A stretch of 64,000 nt of DNA from Eledone cirrhosa (Eukaryota): assembly GCA_964016885.1 (NCBI GenBank), contig OZ024745.1, forward strand, positions 101,494,001-101,558,000, read 5' to 3'. The notes under the pieces are model-generated. The model did no database searches and was not told the origin of the DNA. It saw nothing but the letters and a program-made list of their open reading frames with translations. The stretch's first letter is position 1, and each line of letters begins with the position of its first letter. A program made the translations under genes and the position numbers. Shown here piece after piece: positions 53,535 to 64,000 of the stretch.

Positions 53535-54272
53535 TGTGTAATAGTAATATACGTGAACGGCAATGTGTAATAGTAATATACGTGAACGGCAAAGCATTAA
53601 CGAACTAAGGGAGAAATTAGAAATAAGAGGGATCAGATGTTGTTTACTCGAGAGAAGGCTGCGTTGGTATGGTCACGTGATGCGCATGAAAGACGACAGC
53701 TGTATAAAAAAGTGCAGGGCAATAAAAATAGACGGTAGCCACGGAGTAGGCAGACCCAGAAAAACCTGGGACGACTTGATAAATTCCGACCTCACACACT
53801 TACACCTCTCCAAGACAATGTCACTGGACCGAGACCTTTGGCGGTACTCAGTAATAGAGAAGACCCGCCTTACCTAAATACAAAGTAAAACCTACTACAG
53901 TCAGTAGGCACCTCTAACAAAATACACCCCTGTCCCCATCCACACTGCCCCTTTCAATGTAAAGTTATGTTGGTGCCACAACATCCAGGCTGAAACAAAT
54001 GAGGTCGTGTAGGTGTCACGACAAAAAAACACACAGTCCACGCTGTAATATGGCCGTGTAGGTAACACGGTAAAAACCTCCCAGCCCCACACTGTAAATG
54101 TGGTTGGTGTTAGGAAGGGCATCCAGCTGTAGAAAACCCGCCAGACAGTCCTATGCGAGCAAGACAATCACTCTTGCCTCAAGTGGGAAAACTCCCGTCC
54201 AAACCCATGCAAGCGTGGAATATGGACGTTAAACGATGATGATGATGATGATGATGATGAGGATGATGATGA
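53535..54272 (+). mobile_element. RTE family B 3' fragment
   Basis: ORF 53563-53877 (RLRWYGHV, GRPRKTW) plus 3' UTR and (GAT)n. A 29-bp duplication sits at the 5' junction. Confidence 0.9.
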
Positions 54273-56685
54273 TATATATATATGCATATATATGCATGAC
54301 TTAGCAACCCACTTCGAACACTGGATTAACCCCTTTACTTTCCCCAGACAAAGAGATATTATCTCGAAATATCAGGATATATGAATAAATTAAGGTAAAA
54401 GACTAATTGTCAGCGTTATCTTTTACATTTATATTCTATATCCAAACCTGCATTGTTCTGGCCTTATAACTTCAAACGTTTATACCTCACTACACAATGC
54501 TTCAAGTAAACTACCAATTCCTTCATATATATATATATACGATATTAATAAATGGGAACTATATTTATAAAACCATATCTATTTCATTATACATATTTCA
54601 GGGATACCAAATTAAATTATGGTATGCCTTCATCAGACAAAATACAATATATAACAGTTTTACAAATAAGCTTTGACGTACCCTTTTAAAATGCGACCAT
54701 TATATATATATATATAAGTTGTTTGACTCTGGATCACCATTTATCTAATGTAATTCAGTTGGATGCAGTTTAGAAGTGACCCCTCTATTTTCTCTTTTTG
54801 GTAGTGGTGAGTATTATAGACACATTATGCTTCCCAATTTGACCATTTAGTATTTACATTACTCTATATTTACTATTGTATTTTTGTGGTAAATGCTTTA
54901 CTTTACACAATTACCTCACATAATACTGAATCTACAAGATTTTGATGTTATTTATTTTGAGAACAATACCTTAATATAGGTATGAGTGGCCAGTTTGAGC
55001 AGAAAGGGGTGAGAGAATTCTGGCCAGTTACAGCCAGTTTAAATGCTAAAGAGTTAACATTAACTAGTCCATGTGAGTTTTTAGACCAGTCGAATGGCAC
55101 AGGATACTCATGACCTTACGATGCACTGGCATACTCTATATTTTCCTACTTCCCTAGATGCCTAAGACTAAAACTAATTCCTTTGGACAATTCTTCTTCT
55201 TTAGTATATATATGGTTATTATTCAACTCCAGGCTATCATGTTATTTGTTAATAACATGCTAACAGTTTATCTTATTCCTCCCTGCAAATCTCTCAACTC
55301 GTGTCTGTAGTTCATCTCTGATGTCCAGCTACACTCTTTACTCAAATTTCCTTCAGGAAGGTGGTGCCTGTGCATTTGTACATTCCATTCTCCCCTCCAC
55401 CCTTAGAGAGATTATCAACAAAAACATCTTCCAAGGTTTCCCTCCCCTACTCCTTCAAGCACATTGACTACTACTGCTCTGAACTCCTCCAACCACTAAC
55501 AACTCTTCAACTAAATCTTGCTGATATACTGGCTTATATATCTGGCTTATATACTTCGCAGTTGATAAAATGTGTACCAGTTTTGTACAAGATCAATATA
55601 ACGCCCACCCAGGTTTGAGACCTTGTGTCTATCTTAGAAATCAATAATTTCAAAGAGAACCATTAAAAAGTTAATCATAATTATTTTGGTGGGGTGGCTG
55701 TTGCAGCATGTGTTGCTGACCTTTGTCCTCAGGAATGCTTTTGTGGTTTTGTCTGCAGGGCACAGCCCCAATACTAGGCCTAGAGACCATCACCCTCATC
55801 CTTCTCCCTCTCCACTCTTCTGTGAGCCCCTGCCTTTCCCTTCTTTTTCCGTTTTCAACCACAAAATGTATCTGGAATTTTTACAATAAAGAAATTTATT
55901 CCAATTATGTTATTTTGATATGTTAACGATAACATTGGATAACACATTTTTTATTTTCATCATTGTTGTTTAGTCTCAGATCAGCTCTAATCTAGCAAGC
56001 CTGTGATCAAACCATTACAGTTGTGATCGACAATATTCAATATATCCTTCCATTTTTAAGATAGTCAGGTGTGGTTTTAAAGGAATCTGGCTGTTATTTC
56101 TAGCAATTCAACAACCATGTAGAATTCCCCTTCTTTATTTTCATCTCATGTGTAGTACACACATTAAAATTCTTATCTTAAAAGCTTTTATTGTTGCCAG
56201 TGATCTTTATGCTACTTAAGTTGTGTGCCTGTTCCAATGAAAATGAAACTAATAAATAAATTAAGAGAAAAAATGTCAAAGGAGAGCTAGGAAGCTAGGA
56301 GACATTACCATATTTCTAATGAAAAACATAGCCTCTGATTTTCAAATCATTTTGAAAATAATCAAGAATTTGGAGGGATTTAATAATTGTTCTACGTTTG
56401 GCACAAGGGCAGCAATTATCTCAGTACATTACTGGTACTTTATTTTATCGACCCCCGTAAGGATGAAAGGCAAAGTTAACCTCGGTGGGATTTGAACTCG
56501 GATCATAAATGGTCGTAACTCAGATCATAAATGGCCGTAACAAGTCTGCAATGTCTTTTATTTAGTCATAATGGGTTTTAGGAATTCATTTTTTTTATAC
56601 TTCCATCATTTTTTTATCCCTTTCATTACCATATTTCTAATGAAAGACATTGCCTATGATTTTCAAAATTTTGAAAATATCCTCC

Positions 56686-57047
56686 AAAGGGTCTTTGGAG
56701 TAATGATACTCGATAAAGTGTGTAACTCGGAGATCAGATCAGAGAGTCGTTCCATGTAGAGCCACTACTTCTCCGAATTAAGAGATCACAGCTCTGATAG
56801 TAGGGTATGTGGGTAGAATGTCTAAGGAAAGAAATGCTGAACAGATTTTACTGGCAAAACCAACCATCAAGAGACCCAGTGGTAGACCCTGAGCAAGACG
56901 GTTGGATAACATCCATGAGCTTGGCTGGTCATGCTTGGGGATCCAGCTGGATAAATTTGAGATGGTTGCTTCTGACAGGACCTGCTGGAGGGAGTATTTG
57001 AGGACTCTGCCCCCACGACCCTCTCAGGAATAAGTGAGCGAAGAAGA
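56686..57047 (+). mobile_element. 3' end of a Rex3/Expander-like RTE LINE
   Basis: Same sequence family as 31726-32106; ends CTCTCAGGAATAAGTG..GAAGAAG. Confidence 0.75.
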
Positions 57048-57184
57048 ATTTGGAAGGATTTAGTATTATAACTAACATTCTAATTATTATGCTGATGTTT
57101 AGGAGATAAAGGTTCTTTCAAAGTTTTTAACACTAAATCCCTCCCCTGTGAAGAATGCACCTCCCAACATAGCCTAGTAGTTAG

Positions 57185-59190
57185 TGACCTCATAGTCGTA
57201 GTATAATAAGTAAGGCAATCAAAGATATGAAGACAGGCAAGGCAGCTGGGCCTTTGGAGATAGTTGCTGAGATGTTGAAGGCATCTGGTATGGTGGGACA
57301 CACTATGGTCACCCGTATAGTTAACCAAGTAATACAGAATGGAGTCATACTGAAAGACTGGCGTAGCAGCATCATCATTAACTGCTACAAGGGTAAAGGA
57401 GATGCACTAGATAGGGGAAACTATAGAGGCATTAAGTTAGTTGACCAGGTCACGAAGGTCACAGAAAGAGTTATAACGCAACTAATCAGGGAGCGAATTG
57501 ATCTAGGTGAAATGCAGTTTGGGTTTGTGTCAGGTAAAAGTACCACAGACACTCTTTTCCTTGTACGACAACTACAAGAGAAGTACCTAGCTAAAAGTAA
57601 ACCCCTCTACTTTGCTTTTGTAGACCTGGAGAAAGCTTTTGACAGAGTCCTCCGCTCCATTATCTGGTGGGCTCTCAGAAAACTAGGTGTAGATGAATGG
57701 CTTGTGAGAGCTATACAAGCTATGTATAATGAAACGGTCAGTAAAGTTAGAATTAACAATGAATATTATGAAGAATTTAGTGTAAAAGTTGGTGTTCATC
57801 AAGCCCTCTTATTTATTATTGACCTTCTGGCTATAACAGAGGAGTTCAAGACCGGCTGCCCATGGGAACTCCTATACGCAGATGATCTAACGCTCATAGC
57901 TGAATCAATGGCTGATCTAGAGAAGAAATTCCAAACATGGAAGCATGGCCTAGAATCAAAAGGCCTTAAAGTTAACTTGTCTAAGACTAAAGTTCTAGTT
58001 TGTAGAAAGGACAATAGGGCACAGGTGCCCTCAGGGAAATGGCCATGCTCAGTGTGTAGGAAAGGAGTAGGCAGAAATTCCATTTTATGTCCCAAATGCA
58101 AAGTATAGGTACATAAAAGATGTAGTGGGATCACAGGTAAACTATCTAAGAACGTAGACTTTATATGTGGCCGATGCTCAGGTGCAATAAGTAGCAAGTG
58201 TCCAAAGGATACTAGCTCCTTCTATTGCCCAGATGGTTCTATAGAAATAGTAGACACTTTCCGTTACCTGGGTGACAAAATCAGCAGTGGTGGAGGGTGT
58301 TCTGAAAGTACAGTAGCCAGTCAGAACGGGATGGAAAAAGTTCAGAGAGCTTATACCGCTGTTGGCCACAAAAGGTTTCTCTCTAAAAATGAAAAACAGA
58401 TTGTATGATGCCTGTATACGAACAGCAATGCTACATGGCAGTGAGACATGGGCATTACGTGCAGAGGACCTGCGTAGACTGGAAAGGAACGAAGCATGCA
58501 TGCTCTGTTGGATGTGAAATAGTAATATACGTGAATGGCAAAGCATAAATGAACTAAGTGAGAAATTAGTAATAAGAGGGATCAGATGCTGTTTACTTGA
58601 GAGAAGACTACGTTGGTATGGTCACGTGATGCGCATGAAAGACGACAGCTGCATAAAAAAGTGTAGGGCGATCAAAATTGATCGTAGTTACGGAGTAGGT
58701 AGACCCAGAAAAACCTTGGATGATCTGATAAATTCCAACCTCACACACTTACATCTCTCTAAGACAATGTCATTCTACCGAGATCTTTGGCGCTATGCAG
58801 TAATATAGAAGACCTGCCTTGCCTATGTACAAAGCGAAACCAACTACAGTCAGTAGGCACCTCTTCACCAAATATACACTCCAAATCACTACCCCTACCC
58901 TATCCTCCCACTCACACCAACAGCACGAGAAAATGAGATCGTGTAGGTGTCACGACAAAAAACACACAGACCACGCTGTAATGTGGCCGTGTAGGTAACA
59001 CGGTAAAAATCTCCCAGTTCTACAATGTAAATGTGGTTGGTGTTAGGAAGGGCATCCAGCCGTAGAAAACCTGCCAGATAGTCCTATATGAGCGAGACAC
59101 GGTCACCCGACCAGCCTTGCCTCAAGCGGGACAACTCCCGTCTAACCCATGCTAGTGTGGAAAATGGACGTTAAACGAAGATGATGATGA
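57185..59190 (+). mobile_element. 5'-truncated RTE LINE, family B (RT through 3' UTR)
   Basis: ORF 57227-58108 (NYRGIKL, QFGF, DLEKAFD, YADD) and downstream disrupted frames. The 3' UTR ends GGACGTTAAACGAAGATGATG. Confidence 0.95.
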
Positions 59191-60139
59191 GGATTTTAAA
59201 ATTTAGTGTGTCATAGAACCATAAGCAGTTTCAGCTGGTTCTGTATCAAAAGGGTTAAGACATGTGAATGAAGATTTGACAGTTATTTCTTGCATGTCAA
59301 GTGACCTCTTTGACTTGTATTTCGCCAAGGTGCAGTCTAATCTGGGTTGCATACTACAAAGCCATTTAGATAAGATATATACTAACTACCAAACTATCTA
59401 GGGTTATATTTGACATAAATTGGGATATAAATGTTGATTCAAAGTCTAAGAAACTAAAAAGAAGTGGTTAGTTATTAATTCTGACTCGTATGTGAAGTTC
59501 ATCATCATTTCATTCCACTTTCCATGCTGGCAAGGGGTAGACGGGTTCTTACAGTTGTTCCAGATTGAAGTTGCTGTCCTCCTTGATAGGGACCATCACT
59601 TGTACATTTTAATTTTGGCATAATATTTTGGCCTGCATGCCCTTCCAATGATCTACAACTCTACAGAATGTACTAGGGGCATTTTATCATGGCATCAGCA
59701 TTAAAAAAATGACCTCTCCACCTTTCATTATCTTTGTTCATTTTCCAACCACTTTACAGAGTGTACTAGGTGCATATTATGGTACCAACATGTTCAATAA
59801 TTACTGTATATACTTGAATATATTCAAGTATACAGGGTAGGTAAAATTCCTGTTCAGAAATGATAAATGTCTAAAAATCAAAATATAAAATTTCTTCCGC
59901 TTTTAAAAAAAAAATCCAGTTAATCAATTGACAGTTCTTTTAATTATTGCAGTTAGAAATACACATCATTAACTTCTCAAAAGCCAGAGTAAATCTTAAT
60001 TACCTTATGATGCCTTCTGAAAATGCAAGAATATCGCGCTTTGCAGCAATCAATGAAGCCGACAGAGGAGTACTTTCAAAGAAAGATATGATCACATGAA
60101 ACAGTTCAACAAAGCGAACAACACAGTTGCCCTTTAACA

Positions 60140-60839
60140 GCAAATGTTTCTCCTATAGTGTGGAACTTCCCGGTCTTTGCGACCAGTAATGCAATATTGT
60201 ACGATGCAATCTTAACGTCATTTTCCTGTACAGTTGCTTCCCTAAACACCGTGTTCAGTGTTTTCCGCTTTTCGAAAGAGGCCTTAAGTTGCCAAAAATA
60301 TGACAACGGTTTGTCTTTTTTGTCAGAATGCTTGGAATCAAAATGATATTTCAAGCGTGAAGGTTTCATGGCTTCATTGCTCAAAGTTTGCTGGCATAGA
60401 AGACACATGGGTAATTGGCAGTTCTGAGGAGAAGCAATAAATCCATATGATAAATAATCAATGTTGTACTGGCGACAAGTTTTCTTTACCGGAGGCATCA
60501 GAGAAGTTAAAATTCGAAAAAAGAATTCATAGAGGCGGAATCGTCGAAGGCAGAAATTCACGATGTGCGACAACAGCAGTGTTAACACGTTTTGCCGTTG
60601 GTCTTGCGCCATCACCTGTTTTAGCTTACTCGGATGTATGCATGCAGATGTGTGCGCGTCTAATGCAAGCTGTCCATGTGAGCTGTTCGGCAGCTGTAAA
60701 CTGCTAGACATGAATCAATAACATACTTAAATACTGAAAATCTTTTGTTGCCCACCAAAATTTTAGATCGCCCACCATTTCCTAAAAATTTGTTCATTGC
60801 CCACCCAATAGTTGAAATCACGCAGGTTGAGAAACCCTG
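60140..60839 (-). mobile_element. hAT (Charlie/Buster) transposon left end with transposase N-terminus
   Basis: Terminus CAGGGTTTCTCAACC at 60839. ORF from ATG 60498 reads RQYN.DYL.YGF, PMCLLC..LSNEAMKPSRLKYH...KH (BED finger), ASY.IA..AK.GK.HTIGE, then is truncated. Confidence 0.88.
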
Positions 60840-61317
60840 TACTATATGAAACAATAATATTGAAACATCTTATTACTATCTATATTGAAGAAGTGGAATG
60901 TAATGACTCAACAGAATCCATACTTTACAACAATTGACTAAATTAGATTGATATTTTACGGAACTCTTTGAAATTGTCTTATTGTATTAACATTCTCAAC
61001 TACCAACTACTGCAAGTTTTCTTGAGATGTCATTACAACAATGATTTAAACAAATTTTATATTTAGTCTACTTGATCAATACTGACTTAGGTCTACACAA
61101 CTACATGTTTATCTTTTTTGAAGTGGCTGATAAAATCATCCAATGTGATTCACTTGGTGTTTGATGTTTTGAAAATAAACTAGTAATTGATTTTTAGTTT
61201 TCTATCTTTCTTTACTACGCAAATTCTAATTGATAGTTGCAATAATAGCCAAAAAATTGTGTGGTTCATTAATGCCAAACACACTCCACAGGGAAAATAG
61301 CATATTATTCAGTCAAT

Positions 61318-61808
61318 ATATATTATATCTCCAAGCCTGCACCACAACACCTAGCTTAATATATGTATGTATATTATATCTCCAAGCCTACATCACAACC
61401 CCTAGTTTAACATATATATATTATATGTCCAAGCTTATATCACAACACTTAGTTTAACATATATAGGTATATTATATCTCCAAGCTTACATCACAACCCC
61501 TATTTTAACATATGTAGGTATATTATATCTCCAAGCCTACATCACAACCCCTAGTTTAATATATGTATGTATATTATATCTCCAAGCCTACATCACTTCT
61601 CCTAGTTTAACATATGTATATTATATCTCAAAGCCTGCATCACAACCCATAGTTTAACATATATATATATATTATATCTCCAAGCATACATCACAACCCC
61701 TAGTTTAACATATGTATATTATATTTCCAAGCATACATGACTACCCCTAGTTTCACATATGTATATTGTATCTCCAAGCCTGCATCCCTTCCCCTAGTTT
61801 AACATATG
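61318..61808. repeat. Approximately 48-bp minisatellite, about 10 copies
   Basis: Unit TATTATATCTCCAAGCCTACATCACAACCCCTAGTTTAACATATG. Confidence 0.93.
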
Positions 61809-61859
61809 AAGGTATATCTCTATGTAACCAGTATATCTCAATGTAACATTGAAGTTTGG

Positions 61860-62440
61860 ACACAAGAATCCTACAATCAGCTCTTCAGTCTAAGAGAGAA
61901 ACCTTGGGTTACCAGCAGAGATGATAGTTCCCTGAAGTTTTTCCAATGTGTTCCTAATTTAGCTACAACGTTTTTCAAACACTCACCTCCACTACTAATT
62001 AGGGCAACTAAATAACAAATAGTATAAACTACTTCTATAGAGCTGTTCAAGCATTTCAGAGAATCTATTTAACTTGAGCTTTTAGTGCTTACTGCTCTTG
62101 TGCATCTGCCATACACAAAGTCTATATTTTTCATGGGTCTTTCTCTGATCTCACTACACCTCTTTGTGTCCATAGTTTACTGTGGGATCACTGTTTGGAA
62201 TTTCTACTTACTCTTTTTCTGCATATCAAGTATAGCCATTTCTTTGATGGTATCAGGTTACTCACTTCTTTCCTACTTACTAAAACTTTAGTCTTTTCTA
62301 AGTTTACCTTGAAACCTTTCAATTTCAGGTTTCATTTTCATGTTTGGAATTTTTTCTCTAAAACTACTAGAGATTCAGCTTTAAGAAATAGATCATTAGC
62401 CTATATGAGTTCCCACAGTCTTAAACTCCTGTTATAGCCT
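61860..62440 (-). mobile_element. Old degenerate RTE LINE fragment
   Basis: Recognisable similarity to the YADD-PHD-FRYLG region of families A and B, with many stops. Confidence 0.7.
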
Positions 62441-62550
62441 AGAGAACTAGGGTATTTAACTATATATATATAGTGAGAGAGTGTATGTGGTGGTGAGACC
62501 ATGGAGACCATTAATCATGGAAAAGGCTTGCTGAACACGCACCAAAACCG

Positions 62551-62654
<104 letters not shown>

Positions 62655-62759
62655 AACTCGTGAAGATTAGGTCCCAAATTTGATTCCTCTTACATTCTGG
62701 AGATATAGTCAATATTGGGCCTTGAAACCTTAGGTAACACTTTTGTTCCATGTATGAAC

Positions 62760-62811
<52 letters not shown>

Positions 62812-64000
62812 CTAAGGAAGCTAGTCTGGTCATGGAACTGTTGTGACATTAGTTGCCAAATGATTATATCATGAGATGCACACACACACATAGATATAGA
62901 TATGTGCTGTATAAAAATGGCTGCATCCAAAATGACTTTACCTTTCATTTCAAATGAGAGTAATAAAATAAATATCAGGCAATGTACTGTGCTCAGTATA
63001 ATTGACTTAACCCTAAAAAGGCTGTGCCCTAGCCTGGCCACTGTAGAATGACAAACCAATAAAGGAACATACCTAATTTAAAAAGTACTCTTTTTGTTTT
63101 CCTTTATTTACCAAGTTAAGGAAGGTTCAACCTTCCAGGTATTCATTTGAAAGTGAACATGCTTATTCAGCACTTAGGAAATTAGTTTAGGTTCATTGTG
63201 AATTAACAGGAACAATACTCATCTGTATTCTGACTAACGTTTGTAAAGACTTGATTAGAATTCAAAGAATCACAAGATGAACTCTGTGATTGGTCCCAAA
63301 GGCAGATCTATGAAATATTTAATGAGTTGGTTTTGGTTTTATTCATTGTTTTGTTTTTAATCTCTTTCTATTCTATAACTCAATTTCCATTTCGGATTAA
63401 TTTTGAAACAAACTGACTTTCTCAAGTTTAATATGTTACAGCGTGTACAGGTGAACTCATTACTTAAATTAGTTACAGGGGAAGTTTTAAAGATTGTGTT
63501 TTGTTTAATTACAATGAAACACCAAGATACAATGTTAACTTGATGATTTCTGTAAAGTATTGATGGTTAAATTCCCAAGTTTGCTATTTCAAATGATTCA
63601 AAGTAATTGTTAACGGAGGCAATTATTCTGACACTCGAGTAAATCACTGTTTTTCTGAATGATAATCTGTGGGATCACAGACAGGCTAATGGTGAAGATA
63701 GACTTCGTGTTTAGCAAATGCACAAGAGCAGTGCGCACTAAAATCACAAGTTAAATAGATTCTGTAAAATGTTTGAACAGCTCCATAGAAGTAATTTATA
63801 CCATTTGTTATCTAGATGACCTAATTAGATAACAGTAGAAGTTGTGGTTCAGGCAAGGAAGTCATTACAGTGTGACCCAACCTGCTAGAAATAACAGCTA
63901 AATTTCCTTCAACCCACACTTTAAAAGACCCTCCATCTTGAATGGTTTGATTGTGAAGAGACAGTCTGGGAAAGATAGGCAAGTTAACCATGGCAGGAGT

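Noticed and set aside
63225-63450. Branch-point-like TGACTAAC followed by a short open frame
   Set aside because: Weak polypyrimidine tract and no recognisable protein.

Overview
AT-rich, repeat-dense animal genomic DNA, not prokaryotic. The repeat content (tRNA-headed SINEs with (GAT)n tails, abundant RTE LINEs, long minisatellites) points to an octopus or other cephalopod. One host gene is well supported: TSEN54 (tRNA-splicing endonuclease subunit Sen54) on the minus strand. Six coding exons were reconstructed (41642-41584, 32880-32716, 28448-28385, 27146-27063, 15848-15700, 10616-9583) with GT-AG junctions and consistent phases. Its C-terminal exons were not found and probably lie left of the window. 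The rest consists of three RTE-clade LINE families, CR1 and CRE-like fragments, SINEs, TTAA/hAT/mariner MITEs, a Charlie/Buster transposase fragment, a 5S rRNA pseudogene and at least seven minisatellites. Most notable: hammerhead-ribozyme-like relics (one rebuilt as a 117-bp palindrome), a C4HC3 PHD finger inserted inside the RTE reverse transcriptase, SINE/LINE partner pairs, repeated insertion into (TA)n tracts, and inverted repeat pairs bracketing TSEN54 exons 2-4. All family assignments come from motif recognition; no database search was run.
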